Shown in pieces: positions 1 through 9,996 of a DNA stretch of 64,000 bases. Numbering within the stretch: position 1 is the first letter of the stretch; each line of letters opens with the position of its first letter. The notes under the pieces were generated by a model, which made no database searches, was not told the DNA's origin, and saw nothing but the letters and a program-made list of their open reading frames with translations. Source of the DNA: Actinomycetota bacterium (GTDB taxonomy: Bacteria > Actinomycetota > Actinomycetes > Actinomycetales > Kineosporiaceae); NCBI GenBank assembly GCA_030837345.1, contig JAUPKQ010000051.1, positions 717-64,716 on the forward strand. Direction: 5' to 3'. Position numbers and translations under genes: made by a program.

Positions 1-433
1 CGAGAGCCGCCAGCGTCCCGCGGCCCGGACCCTTCCTCGGCCCGGCGACCGGCAGGGGGAAACCTGCCTGCCCGTAGCCGGACGGGGGCCCGCCTGCGGC
101 CGCCTGCGGCCCCTGCGGGTAGCCGGTGCCGGGTGGGTAACCGGTGGCGGGCTGTCCGGCCGGTGGGTAACCGGTGCCTTGCGGGTAGCCGGTGGCGGGC
201 TGTCCGGCCGGTGAGGGCGGGGGGGCGTAGGCCGGTGAGTGGTCGGGAGGGTAGGCCGCCTGCGGGTAGGTTCCCGGCGCTGCCTGCGCGGCGTCCGGGG
301 GGACCGCGACCCCGCTGACAGGGGGTGGCACCACCACGGTCGGGTTCTCATCGCCCCGTTCGGCCGCCGGTGGCGTCCCGCCCGGCAGGGCCCATGGTGT
401 GGGCTTCGGCGACTCGCCTTCGGGACCGGACAT
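1..433 (-). CDS. Partial CDS: the 5' end lies in the window and the gene runs off the left edge. Pro/Gly/Tyr-rich repeat protein of unknown function.
   Basis: Not in the ORF track. My reverse-strand translation from ATG (complement of 431-433) gives MSGPEGESPKPTPWALPGG...PAGQPATGYPQGTGYPPAGQPATGYPPGTGYPQGPQAAAGGPPSGYGQAGFPLPVAGPRKGPGRGTLAAL with no stop before position 1. A GAGGG lies upstream of the ATG. Confidence 0.45.
   Translation of the reverse strand, partial: MSGPEGESPKPTPWALPGGTPPAAERGDENPTVVVPPPVSGVAVPPDAAQAAPGTYPQAAYPPDHSPAYAPPPSPAGQPATGYPQGTGYPPAGQPATGYPPGTGYPQGPQAAAGGPPSGYGQAGFPLPVAGPRKGPGRGTLAAL
117..212. repeat. 48-nt tandem duplication (2 copies, a few mismatches). It encodes the PAGQPATGYP.GTGYP repeat of the partial CDS.
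   Basis: gggtagccggtgccgggtgggtaaccggtggcgggctgtccggccggt (117-164) versus gggtaaccggtgccttgcgggtagccggtggcgggctgtccggccggt (165-212). Confidence 0.8.
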
Positions 434-863
434 ATCCACCCTCGTCTCCCGTCGTTGGTGTTCCTGAGGGTACTGCTCAGGGACCTCCCGGACGGAGGGG
501 CGACCGCCGACCGCCGCCGCCGGCCGCCGCCGATCACCTGCCGGACGGCAAGGAGCGGGCTGTTCGGACGCCCGCCGCGACGATCCGGTGCACCGAAAGG
601 TTCATTTGTTGGGTGTCGCCCGACCGTTCCCGGTAATTCCTCCGGCGTCAGGACCTTCGCCTCTTCGGATTCGTGGCACACCACCAAAGATTGCTTCAAT
701 GCTTCGCCCACGAGGCTGAAGTGGTCGTTCGAGTGACGGCGACGAGGCCGTCCCGAACCCAACGGCATCCGCACCAGGGCCGGCGACACCCGGCGCCGTG
801 CCGCCGCGAGCGGAGCGACGAACGGCTCCGTCCCTCCGAAGCACGACGACGGGAGCGTCTCCT

Positions 864-1535
864 ATGACCACCGCCACGATTCCTGCCCACACCGCGACCG
901 GCGTGCTGGGTGACCTCGCCGCCGCCTACGGATTGACCGCCCGGCTGGTGCTCGCACCGGCCGACCGCTCCCTGCTGCGTGAGTTATCCGAGTCCGGCGT
1001 ACTGGACCGGTGGGCGATGTGCCCGAGTTCCGAGACGATCCGGGGGATCAGTTCGCTGCGTCGCTCGCTGGCCGTGGGGGAGGATCTCGCGATGCTCGCC
1101 GCCGAATACGACCGGTTGTTCACGGACGGGCTCTCGCTGGTCCCGCTGCCCTATGAGTCGGCGTACCGGCCCGCCGAGAGTCCGCTGTCCGATCTTCCGG
1201 TCGTCCCGACGCTCGGGACGCCGCACCTGTTCGGTCTCCAGGACCCGCCGTCGTCCCGCCGGGACGACGGCTGTCTGGAGTGTGACCATCTGGGCCTTGA
1301 GCTCCTCCGCGCCGGGAGGCTCTGTCTGGCGGCGTCGGAGGCGTTCGAGCACGGGGACGCCGTCACCTCGGCGGAGTGCCTCGTCGCCCACCACGATCTC
1401 CTGGAGCGGCACCTGCTCCGCTGGGCGCCGGGGTGCCTGCGCGAGGTGGAGGCCGCCGCCGACACCCAGTTCTACCGGGGTTGGGCGGCCCTCGGCCTCG
1501 GTGTCCTCGGCCACGCCCACACGCGCCTGCCGTAG
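864..1535 (+). CDS. TorD/DmsD-like redox-enzyme maturation chaperone family protein.
   Basis: ORF 798..1535. An internal ATG at 864 is preceded by GGGAG. The 'AAEYDRLF' motif and helical composition are typical of the TorD/NarJ family. No molybdoenzyme partner is visible in the window. Confidence 0.55.
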   Translation: MTTATIPAHTATGVLGDLAAAYGLTARLVLAPADRSLLRELSESGVLDRWAMCPSSETIRGISSLRRSLAVGEDLAMLAAEYDRLFTDGLSLVPLPYESAYRPAESPLSDLPVVPTLGTPHLFGLQDPPSSRRDDGCLECDHLGLELLRAGRLCLAASEAFEHGDAVTSAECLVAHHDLLERHLLRWAPGCLREVEAAADTQFYRGWAALGLGVLGHAHTRLP

Positions 1536-1578
1536 GAGCCCCACGGCGCGAGGGCGCACCACGCCGGAACCTCGCGTG

Positions 1579-2790
1579 TCAGGTCAGGACCAACTGGGCG
1601 ACCACGGCGTTGTCCCGGACCCGCAGGTTGAGGGACGCCTCGGCGCCCACGAACCCCACGAACCGGCCGGTGTCGTCGATGATCTGAAGCATCGCGACGG
1701 TGTGGCCTCCGTACCTTCCGAAACAGGAGCCGCGTTCGCCGTCCACGCCCTGTTTCTGGTGCTGCCAGAAGGCCTGGCGTCCCAGGCCGGTCGGCACCAC
1801 CATGGCGCTGCGCCACGTCCGGTCCGTGTGGAACAGGCAGGTGGCGCGGCGTCCGGAGCAGACTCGCATGCGGCGGATGGCGATCTCGCGCCAGCGTGAG
1901 ACCCGGATCGACCTGCCGAACGAGGCGGAGCGTTCGACGCCGTTCAGGTCGGTGCGGGCGACCTGCTGCGCGGTGGCGCTGAAGGCGAACGAGGCCGTGG
2001 AACCGTACCCGTCGCCGTACAGACCTCCCAGATCGGTGTGGTGGAGAGTGATCCGGGAGAGCTTCGCGGCGGTCCGGACCGTCCAGACCTCCGTGTGCCG
2101 GCCCGGCCATTCGACGACGAGCCGTCGGTGGCGGTCGAAGCTGTAGCGTCCTACGACCCTCGACATCGGCCCCTTTCCCGGCTGGAACCCGCGAGGTGTG
2201 CGGACGTCGCACGCCGCGGCGCACCCGGAGGTGCGGTAGCCGGTGCGGATCTTGTTGTTCTTCGCGGTGCCGTCGAAACTGCTCTGGTACCAGATCCAGT
2301 AGGACTGCGTCACCGTGCCGGAACCGTGGGGTCCGGAGACGAAGGTGTACTCCGCCAGCCGGACCCAGTAGGCGTTGAGCGACCCGCCCACCATCGAGAT
2401 CACGTACCGGGGCCTCCCGCCGGGCAGGGGCGTCGAACCGGGGACAGCCGTGGCGGGGGCAGCTGCGGCGGGGACAGCCGTTGCGGCGGGGGACGCCGCG
2501 GCGGGGGTGGCCCGGACAAGGGCCAGGGCGGCGAGAGCCTGGACGCGCGGGCGCGCGGTTCCGGCGTGGGTCCCGGCCGAGGAGTAGACCAGCGTGACGG
2601 CTGTCCCCATGGCCAGGACCGCCGCGAGAGCGCCGGTGGGCAAGCTGGCGGACAGGCCGGTGGATGGGTCGATCGCACGGCGTTCGGAACGGTCTCGTGA
2701 TCGTGGCACGCCGGTGACGGTATCGGCGGAGGGCACCGAATTCGGTGGGCGTAACCCGGATCCGGGTATTCCGGGGGGTTTCGGTGACAC
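1579..2790 (-). CDS. Hypothetical secreted protein.
   Basis: 403-aa ORF with an N-terminal hydrophobic segment (LPTGALAAVLAMGTAVTLV) and Ala/Pro linker followed by non-biased sequence. The competing overlapping 486-aa ORF (1472..2932) is Arg-rich shadow sequence. The start is uncertain. Confidence 0.5.
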   Translation of the reverse strand: MSPKPPGIPGSGLRPPNSVPSADTVTGVPRSRDRSERRAIDPSTGLSASLPTGALAAVLAMGTAVTLVYSSAGTHAGTARPRVQALAALALVRATPAAASPAATAVPAAAAPATAVPGSTPLPGGRPRYVISMVGGSLNAYWVRLAEYTFVSGPHGSGTVTQSYWIWYQSSFDGTAKNNKIRTGYRTSGCAAACDVRTPRGFQPGKGPMSRVVGRYSFDRHRRLVVEWPGRHTEVWTVRTAAKLSRITLHHTDLGGLYGDGYGSTASFAFSATAQQVARTDLNGVERSASFGRSIRVSRWREIAIRRMRVCSGRRATCLFHTDRTWRSAMVVPTGLGRQAFWQHQKQGVDGERGSCFGRYGGHTVAMLQIIDDTGRFVGFVGAEASLNLRVRDNAVVAQLVLT

Positions 2791-2964
2791 TCGGGGGTTT
2801 TCGTGTCCGGATCTTCGGGGAGCGTGGAGGGTTTCGCCGTCGCGGATCGGTGCCTCGGTGGATCGGCTGAGGCGCCCCCCTCTCTTCGGTCATCCCGGTG
2901 GCATCCGACGCAATGTCACGCCTAGTGTTCACTTGACGCCGAATTGCAATGAGGAGGCCGGTAG

Positions 2965-4209
2965 GTGGGCATTGTGATGGAAGGGCGTCCTGGCCGTCGC
3001 TCCGATCCCGGAGCCGCCGCCTACCGCACCACCGTGCAGCGGTGGTTCGACGTGACGATCGGACCGGGTCCCCTCACCGAACCCCCTGGGTCGTCCGGTG
3101 CGGCCGACCGGGGTTCCCTGGCCTCCGTGGTCCGGCGCATGGCCGACCTCGCCCGGCACGACGCCCGCTGGGCGCGCCTGACGCCGTCCGTGCTGGCGGG
3201 AACCGCCGTCGGGGTGATTCTCGCGGTCCTCCTCGACCGGTACCCGCCGGTCGTCGCGGTGCTGGTGACGGCGGCCGCCCTCGCGTGTCCCCTGACGATC
3301 CTTCCGGTCGCCTCGTGGCTCCCGGCCGCGGTACGCCGCGTCGCCGCGGTCGGACGGCGTCCGGTGTCCGGCCGTCCGCGGGCGTCGTTAGCCTGCTCGC
3401 TGCTGATCGCCGTGCTGGCCACGGCGACCCACACCGTCGGCCGGGAACTCGCGGCCCCGTCCGGACAACCGGCAGGTGACCTTTCGGTCGTCTTCCTTCC
3501 CGGGATGACCGGGCCGGTCACCCCCCTGACGCCGTCCCGCGGCATCGGTGCCGGGCTCGCGCTCGGAGCCGTGCTGGCCCTGGGCTTCGTCGCGCTCGGC
3601 GTCCTGCTCGACCTCGCCGGGGCCGTGGTGCGCCGGAGCAGGGAACGGGCCGATCCCGTCGTGGCCGTCGCGGCACCCGCCGTCGAGGCCCTCCACCTGC
3701 TGCCTCAGGACACGAGCCCTCTCGACCCCGAGGACAAGGCCGCCGTCCTCGCCCCCCTGCGCCGCCTGGCGAGGAACCTCGAAGTGACGCTGCCCCGCCT
3801 CCTCCCGGTCTCGGGACGACGCGAGCAGCGTGACCTCACCGAGTTCAGCGTCCGCGCGGGCCGCGCCGTCCGGTCGTGGGAGCCGCTCGTCGTCGCCTCG
3901 AACCCCGACCGCGTCCACACCCTCCGGGTGAACCTCGAAGCTGTCCTCGCGGCGACCCTGAACGGCGACTACGCGGATCTCCCGATCGCCCGCGACAGCG
4001 GCTCGGGGCTGCGGCGTTCCGCGTGGAGACCGTTCGTGCTCCGGTCGGTGACGATCTCGACGCCCCTGATCCTCGGCGGAGTGGCGCTCGCCGTTTCCGC
4101 GAGCGGGCGATGGGGGACGCTGCCCGCGGCCGCCGTCGGCGCGGTGGAGGCCTTCGCGCGCTTCTGGATCGTGCTCGGACTGCTGATGACGCTGGACGCG
4201 CTCGCGTGA
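2965..4209 (+). CDS. Hypothetical integral membrane protein.
   Basis: 414-aa ORF with several hydrophobic helices (e.g. LAGTAVGVILAVLLD, GAGLALGAVLALGFVALGVLLDLAG, TPLILGGVALAVSA, FWIVLGLLMTL). No family recognised. Confidence 0.5.
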   Translation: MGIVMEGRPGRRSDPGAAAYRTTVQRWFDVTIGPGPLTEPPGSSGAADRGSLASVVRRMADLARHDARWARLTPSVLAGTAVGVILAVLLDRYPPVVAVLVTAAALACPLTILPVASWLPAAVRRVAAVGRRPVSGRPRASLACSLLIAVLATATHTVGRELAAPSGQPAGDLSVVFLPGMTGPVTPLTPSRGIGAGLALGAVLALGFVALGVLLDLAGAVVRRSRERADPVVAVAAPAVEALHLLPQDTSPLDPEDKAAVLAPLRRLARNLEVTLPRLLPVSGRREQRDLTEFSVRAGRAVRSWEPLVVASNPDRVHTLRVNLEAVLAATLNGDYADLPIARDSGSGLRRSAWRPFVLRSVTISTPLILGGVALAVSASGRWGTLPAAAVGAVEAFARFWIVLGLLMTLDALA

Positions 4210-4243
4210 CGACGGCAGGGGCCGGTGACCGTGGGAACCGGCG

Positions 4244-4765
4244 TCAGGACGTCGTGACCGGTTTTCCGGCCGCCTTCCAGGCGTCGATCCCGCCCACGAG
4301 GTCGGCGACCGAGGTGAAACCCGAGGCGGTCAGGCGCTGCAGGGCCTGGCCGGACCGGTTGCCGCTGCGGCAGTAGAGCGCGTACGTCGTCGTCTTGTCG
4401 AGCGCCGCGACGCGGGTGTCGAAGTCGGCGGCCTCGGCGTCGATGAGCCGAGCACCCGCCAGATGCCCCGACGCGAACTCCTGCGGGGTGCGGACGTCGA
4501 GCACGACGACGGACGGCGAGGCGACGAGCGCGGCGAAGGCCGCGACGTCCAGGCGCCGGACACTGTTCGCGGAGGCGGAGCCACCGGGGGAAGATCCACC
4601 CGAGGCGGGGAGGGACCACTCGGACGACAGCGACGCCGGGAGGGTGCCGGACGGCGCCGATCCGGACGGCGCCGACTCCGACCGGCCGCAGCCACCGAGG
4701 AGAACCCCGAGGAGGACGAGGGAAGGGACAACCAGGAAACCTGCGGCGCGGCGGGGGAGGGACAC
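4244..4765 (-). CDS. Rhodanese-domain lipoprotein (sulfurtransferase-like).
   Basis: Lipobox 'LLGGCG' follows the signal peptide. Rhodanese fold motifs 'VVLDVRTPQEFASGHLAGA' and the active-site loop 'YCRSGNRS' are present. Confidence 0.85.
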   Translation of the reverse strand: MSLPRRAAGFLVVPSLVLLGVLLGGCGRSESAPSGSAPSGTLPASLSSEWSLPASGGSSPGGSASANSVRRLDVAAFAALVASPSVVVLDVRTPQEFASGHLAGARLIDAEAADFDTRVAALDKTTTYALYCRSGNRSGQALQRLTASGFTSVADLVGGIDAWKAAGKPVTTS

Positions 4766-5014
4766 GGGACCACCTTCTGTCGATCGTGAGTCAAGGAGAG
4801 CTTACAGACGGTGACGCATCCCGGCTGTGGTCTTCGCCTCGTCGTTCGGGCAGGTCCTTCGAAGGAGGTTCAACGCGTTCTTGACCCCGGCGAGCCCACC
4901 CGTAGCGGCAGAATCGGGACAGGCAGGCTCGACGGGGTTCGCGGACCGAGCGGACGTAACCGCGCCTCGCTGCCGCTCGTAGAGCACACGCACCGACGGT
5001 GGAGGGTTACGGGG

Positions 5015-6316
5015 ATGGTGAACGGCGAGCCTGTGACGGTGACGACCCGTGTCCGGGGCGGTGAACCGCTTCTGGGACAGATGTTTTCGCTGGGGCCCGG
5101 CGATCCGCACCGGGTCGGTGTCTACCCTCTCGCCGGGCTGCTCGCCACGGGCCGGAAGGGACGCACCTACCTGGCGGACACGCCGTCCGGGCCTGTCGTG
5201 CTGAAGCTGCTGGACCGTCACTGGGTCGGCGGCCGGAGCGGGGCGTACGCCCTGACGATGGCGCTGACAGCCGCGCGCCGCCTCCGGGTGGACGACGCCG
5301 TCGCACCGCTCCTTGACACCGAACTCGGGACGGGCGAGCCCTACGTGGTCAGCGAGTTCGTCCCGGGGCCGTCGGTCCGCGAACTCGTCGAGGCCAGGGG
5401 CGCGCTCACCGCGGAGACCGTGTCCGAGCTCGCCGTCGCGACGGTCCGGGCGCTCGCCGCGATCCACGCCGTCGGGCTGGCCCACGGCGACGTCCACCCC
5501 AACACCGTCATCCTCGGTCCGGACGGTCCGAGGACCGTCGACGTCGGGCTCTTCCCCGTCCGTCCGGAACGGCCCGGGGCGTGCGCGGGGTCGAGCGACG
5601 GCCTGCCGGCCCGGGACTCGTCCACCACCCGGGCCGCCCAGCAGGCGGACCTGACGGCCTGGGCGGCGATGCTGGCGTACGCGGCGGCGGGCCGGGCCTC
5701 GCTCCTCGATCTCGCGGGCAGGTCCGGCGCCCAGTCGGAGAACCCACGGGCCCGGGATGTGCTGGAGGCCCTCCCGAAACCGCTGCCCCGGATCGTGTAC
5801 GCCTGTCTGGTCCCGGCGCCCTCGCGCCGGCCCACGGCCTGCCAGGTCCTGGAGCAGCTGGCCCCGGGCCTGGTGACGAGCCGTCCCCGGACGGGGGGCC
5901 TGTCCTTCCGGGCGCCCTCCGCCCCGTGCGCGTCGGCGGCGAGGGACGGCGGGACCTCCTCGGACCGCGCGGCGTCCCGTGACGGCGACAGGTCAGGACG
6001 TGACCTGGTTCGCGGTGACCTCGTCGCGGGCGGAGCAGCCGCCGGCGGTCCCGGCCTGGCGGAGAGGCGGGGACCCGCGTCGCCGGAGCGGTACCTTCCG
6101 CCCCCACGGCCGCCACGGCCCGTCCTGCCCGCTCAGCTGCGCTCGGACCACGACGACGTCCCGGCGTCCGGCGAGCCGGAGCCGACTGCGACTGCGACTG
6201 CGGTGAAGGGTGGCACCGCGGCCAGCCGCTCGCTCGTGGACCTGGCACGGTGGGCGAGGCGGGCGCGGCGTGTTCTCCGGCGAAGCCTCACCCCCGGGGG
6301 ACGGGCTCGTCGATGA
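5015..6316 (+). CDS. Ser/Thr protein-kinase-like protein with a possibly degenerate catalytic loop and a low-complexity C-terminus.
   Basis: ATG at 5015 is preceded by GGAGG. The kinase core has 'VVLKLL', 'VSEFVPGPSVRELV' and 'GLAHGDVHPNTVIL' (HGD in place of HRD, H in place of the catalytic-loop K). 'VDVGLF' stands where DFG is expected. Confidence 0.6.
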   Translation: MVNGEPVTVTTRVRGGEPLLGQMFSLGPGDPHRVGVYPLAGLLATGRKGRTYLADTPSGPVVLKLLDRHWVGGRSGAYALTMALTAARRLRVDDAVAPLLDTELGTGEPYVVSEFVPGPSVRELVEARGALTAETVSELAVATVRALAAIHAVGLAHGDVHPNTVILGPDGPRTVDVGLFPVRPERPGACAGSSDGLPARDSSTTRAAQQADLTAWAAMLAYAAAGRASLLDLAGRSGAQSENPRARDVLEALPKPLPRIVYACLVPAPSRRPTACQVLEQLAPGLVTSRPRTGGLSFRAPSAPCASAARDGGTSSDRAASRDGDRSGRDLVRGDLVAGGAAAGGPGLAERRGPASPERYLPPPRPPRPVLPAQLRSDHDDVPASGEPEPTATATAVKGGTAASRSLVDLARWARRARRVLRRSLTPGGRARR

Positions 6317-6692
6317 GCACCCGGACCCACTTGCCCGTCGACGTCGGCTCGACGGCCCAGGCGTCCGCGACGTTGGCGATGACGAGCATCCCTCGTCCGC
6401 TGAGGTCGAGCAGCTGAGGTTCCCGCCGGGACTCCGGCCTCGCGACCGGGTCCTCGTCGTGGACCCCCACCTCGACGCCGTCCTGGATGTCGAGACGGAC
6501 GACGAACTGGTCGCTCGTCGTGTGGCGGACGACGTTGCCGGTCAGCTCGCTGACGAGCAGTTCTGCCCGTTCCACCGTTTCGGACGGGACTCCGATGTCG
6601 GTCAGTTGCCGGCCCGCCCAGGTACGGGCCTCCGGGATGGAGCGAGGCTCGGCCGGGAACACCCTGAGCCTGGGTTCCACGTTCAGCACCAT
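6288..6692 (-). CDS. ATP-binding protein of the anti-sigma-factor / RsbW-like HATPase family.
   Basis: Start MVLNVEP is preceded by GGGAGGG. 'ARTWAGRQL...AELLVSELTGNVVRH' and 'SGRGMLVIANVADAWAV' match the small actinobacterial HATPase_c regulators. Confidence 0.75.
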   Translation of the reverse strand: MVLNVEPRLRVFPAEPRSIPEARTWAGRQLTDIGVPSETVERAELLVSELTGNVVRHTTSDQFVVRLDIQDGVEVGVHDEDPVARPESRREPQLLDLSGRGMLVIANVADAWAVEPTSTGKWVRVLIDEPVPRG

Positions 6693-7568
6693 CGTCGTGA
6701 TCCGGTCCCTCCCTGGAAGCCCTTCTCCTCGACCACCCTTGCAGGGAGACTCCGCCGTGGGAAATCCACCTCCCGGCGGATGACGCTGATTTGACAGTTC
6801 CTGAACAGGCGAGCCGGTGTGCGAGCCGCGAGCCGACGGGAGGAGATCCTTATCTGGCGCGCGGGCCGTGCCGGGACCGTGTGAGCACCGCGCCGATGAC
6901 GTCCGGCGTGTCGGCCGTGAGCCGGACCGAAGGGAGTGAAGTGGTGGCCCCACGGGTGAAGGAGTTTCACGTCGGGAAGGCGTCTAACTGGTGCCGGAGC
7001 TCCTTTACCTGGTATTCGGTGGCCATTTCCCCGGCTGATTCTACGTAACGGGGTCCTGCCGTGTCGGCGGTGAATGACCAGAGGGCGGTGAGTGATTCCC
7101 TGGTTCCGTGCCGACGGGTGGTCCGGTGTCCTCTCAGCCGGGTGGCGCGCCGGAGGTCCGGACGGCGGGAGCGCGCGCGCCGGAGCGTCGCCGTCCGGGC
7201 GGGTGTCCGCCGCGCAGCAGGCAGATGCGGGCCACGGAGGCACGCCACCGGCCTGTGGCCAGCGAGGGGACGGCCGGGACCCAGAAGGTCGCGTCCGCCG
7301 GGGTCGCTGTCGTGGCCGCGAACGCGTCCCGGCGGCGTCGCTAAGAGGTTTCGCTCCGGCCCGGACGTCGTGGACGGAACCGGCCGGAGGTATGACCGGC
7401 GCTCTCGGAAGGAATTCGTTCTTCGTCCGCCGGCCGAGGGGTGATGGTTCGGTGGCGGAAAGGCGAAGGTTGGCTGGAGGGTTGTTCCGACCTACTCTCG
7501 GAGGAACCCGGGCGAGGTACAGGGAGAGGCCTTCACGGGAAACTGCGACCTGCGGAGAGGAAACCGAC

Positions 7569-8552
7569 GTGAAGAATGTCAAGAGGCAGCTCGGCAGGAG
7601 GACACGTTCTCTGCTCGCGGGAGCGGGCACGGTCGTCCTGGCCCTGGGGGTTCTGACTCTCCTGCCCAGCGGCGCCAACGCGGCGATCTCCGGATCGCTC
7701 TACGTCGATCCGGACACGGGGGGCGCCCGGTGGGTCGCCGTCAACTCGGGTGACCGGAGGGCGAACCTCATCAAGAGCAAGATCGCGGGCCAGCCCCAGG
7801 CCCGGTGGTTCACCAACGCGAACGCCGGCCAGATGGCCACGGCGATGTCGTCGCACATCGCGGCGGCGAACGCGCAGGGGAAGATCCCCACGGTGGTCTA
7901 CTACGCGTTGCCGAACCGGGACTGCGGTGGGGCGAGCGCGGGCGGGGCGAAGGACCTGAACGCCTACGCGTCGTGGGTGTCGACCGTGTCGAAGGCCCTG
8001 GGGACGAACCCGGTGATCGTCATTCTCGAACCGGACAGCCTGGCCCTGCAGACCTGCCTGAACGCCTCCGAGGCGACGGCACGCGGCAACGCCCTGTCGG
8101 CCGCGGTGACGACGATCAAGTCGGCGAACCCGGCGGCGAAGGTCTACCTGGACGCCGGGCACTCCGGCTGGAACCCCGCGGGCACCGCGGCGCAGCGGTT
8201 GACCCAGGCGGGCGTGTCCAAGTCCGACGGTTTCTACTCGAACGTGTCCAACTTCCGCACCACCGCCGCCGAGATCTCCTTCGGGCAGCAGGTCCTGTCG
8301 TCGCTCGGCAACTCCTCGCTGAAGCAGGTGATCGACACCAGCCGGAACGGTGCCGGTCCGGGTGGCGGTGACTGGTGCGACGACCGCCTGCCGTCGACAC
8401 GACGGCTGGGATCGGCTCCGACGCTGTCCACGGGCACGGAGACGGTCGACGCGTTCTTGTGGGTGAAGTTGCCGGGCGAGGCCGACGGTTGCCAGAACCA
8501 GGCGGGGTCGTTCCAGCCCGCGAACGCCTACTCGTTGGCCGGAGGCTCGTGA
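7569..8552 (+). CDS. Secreted glycoside hydrolase family 6 (endoglucanase/cellobiohydrolase-type) catalytic domain.
   Basis: GTG at 7569 follows GGAGAGG and a signal peptide is present. GH6 hallmarks: 'VVYYALPNRDCGG', 'VIVILEPDSLA', 'VYLDAGHSGW', 'FYSNVSNF', 'FLWVKLPGEADG'. Confidence 0.85.
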   Translation: MKNVKRQLGRRTRSLLAGAGTVVLALGVLTLLPSGANAAISGSLYVDPDTGGARWVAVNSGDRRANLIKSKIAGQPQARWFTNANAGQMATAMSSHIAAANAQGKIPTVVYYALPNRDCGGASAGGAKDLNAYASWVSTVSKALGTNPVIVILEPDSLALQTCLNASEATARGNALSAAVTTIKSANPAAKVYLDAGHSGWNPAGTAAQRLTQAGVSKSDGFYSNVSNFRTTAAEISFGQQVLSSLGNSSLKQVIDTSRNGAGPGGGDWCDDRLPSTRRLGSAPTLSTGTETVDAFLWVKLPGEADGCQNQAGSFQPANAYSLAGGS

Positions 8553-8589
8553 CCTTCTGACGTGGACTCGTGAGCTCGCCTCGTGAACG

Positions 8590-8624
8590 GTGGGGCCGAC
8601 CGCGCCCGGTGCGGTCGGCCCCAC
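8590..8624 (+). terminator. Stem-loop terminator candidate after the GH6 gene.
   Basis: Perfect 14-bp inverted repeat gtggggccgaccgc / gcggtcggccccac with a 7-nt loop, 38 nt after the stop. There is no T-tail, which is common in actinomycetes. Confidence 0.6.
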
Positions 8625-8712
8625 CCGCGTGCGATCTCCGCGGTCCGTTTGGTGGGCGAGGGAGTGCCGGTGGGCATCTGGCTCGGTGAGGGGCAGCGGA
8701 TGGCCGCGGCGA

Positions 8713-8793
8713 TATCATCGCCCCGGAGGAGACTCCGGTGATGTGGATACGGTTCGTATCGACCCCGAAATTCCGGATCGCTTCCTCCCCCAC
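8713..8793 (-). pseudogene. Possible remnant of an esterase/PHB-depolymerase-family gene (nucleophile-elbow region only).
   Basis: The reverse-strand translation 'EEAIRNFGVDTNRIHITGVSSGAMI' resembles '...VDxNRVYVTGLSxGGxM' of secreted esterases. Flanking frames are broken and Arg/Pro-rich. Confidence 0.3.
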
Positions 8794-9546
8794 GTTTCAG
8801 GGCGGCCGGTGACGCAGACGTCGAAACACCTGTCCGACGCCGGGACGACCATTGCCGGAGGCGCGGGGGTGGTCGAAGTAGGCAGGTGATGACCGATCTG
8901 AAGGCACGGTGAGGGGACGTCGCGTTCCTCCTTCCAAGAGGTGGGGAGGAGCCGCCGAGAAACGCTTTGGAGTATCGGCGACGGTCGTCCTGTGCGGTCT
9001 GTCCGGGAGGTGTCCTCCCGGGGTCCGGCCTCTCGACCAGCGTCGCGACCCCAGGGGGGCGGTTGCGGCGACGACGGACGGGTGCCCCGATGGTCCCGGG
9101 GCACTCACCGCCGGGGGCGCGACGGAGGGGGAGGGGGAGGGGGAATGTTAGGTATTTCAGGCATCATCAGTGCGGGGGTGTTGTGGCCATGATCAGGGGA
9201 CCGAGAGCAGGTCTGGAGATTGTTTCGATGGATGTATTTCACCGTCGCACCGTCAGAGAGGGGTGGGTCGGTGGGCGCACGACGATGTCTGGTTTCGATG
9301 TGATCGACCGTGAATGTCACGACAGAACGACTTGCGACCTGCGGTATCGTCCGGGCGTGCCGGTGAAGGAAAGTGATTTTCTCCTTCAGGGAGTGTCGCG
9401 TCCTAGTGATCAGGGATGCCGCTCATCCCTCGGTCGATCGTCGTTCGTATCGTCGGTCATACACTCGAGCATCCTTCAGGGCAATCGATCGGAACATTCG
9501 GAACACCAGGTACGTCCCGATCTGTGAATCGAACAGGAGACAGCAG

Positions 9547-9996
9547 ATGAAGAGGCCAAGCAACCTGGTTCGCACTCTCGCAGCGGTGTCCGTCATCGCG
9601 TCGTCGCTCGTCCTGGCCCAGGCCGGTCCTGCCGCCGCCGCTCCCGGGAGCCGTAGCGCGGCTCAGGAGAGCGACAGCAAGAACTGCGGGATCATCGGCT
9701 TCGACAAGGCCACCGTCGTCACGGAGACCGTGGCCGGCGCGAAGAAGTACACCCTCGTCGTCAGCGGCGTCAATCCCATCGCGGGGGTCTCCGTGTCGCT
9801 GGAGCCGCTCGTGTACGTCCGGCAGCCGGAGTTCTGGGGGATCGAGGTGACAGCCTGTGCCCCGGTCATCGGACTCCCGGTCATGACCCCTTACACCGAG
9901 AAGCTCGACGTCACTCACGCGCTCGGGACGAAGGGCGTCGAGGTCATCGGGGCGTTCTCCACCGAGAAGATCCCGGTCCGTCGCGACGGGCTCTGA
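9547..9996 (+). CDS. Small secreted protein, unknown function.
   Basis: ATG at 9547 is preceded by AGGAG. Signal peptide 'MKRPSNLVRTLAAVSVIASSLVLAQAGPAAA' is followed by normal-composition sequence. Confidence 0.6.
   Translation: MKRPSNLVRTLAAVSVIASSLVLAQAGPAAAAPGSRSAAQESDSKNCGIIGFDKATVVTETVAGAKKYTLVVSGVNPIAGVSVSLEPLVYVRQPEFWGIEVTACAPVIGLPVMTPYTEKLDVTHALGTKGVEVIGAFSTEKIPVRRDGL

Noticed and set aside
6954-7568. CebR/CelR-type operator (TGGGAGCGCTCCCA) upstream of the GH6 cellulase gene, and a 19-codon ORF (MATEYQVKELRHQLDAFPT) at 6967-7026 on the reverse strand.
   Set aside because: The canonical 14-bp palindrome is not present in the ~600 bp upstream. The mini-ORF has a weak RBS and nothing to support it beyond being open.
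8967-9527. 186-aa ORF in the 8.6-9.5 kb gap.
   Set aside because: The first half is Arg/Gly-rich and the second half has no coherent composition. It has no RBS and no family resemblance. I treat the region as non-coding or decayed.
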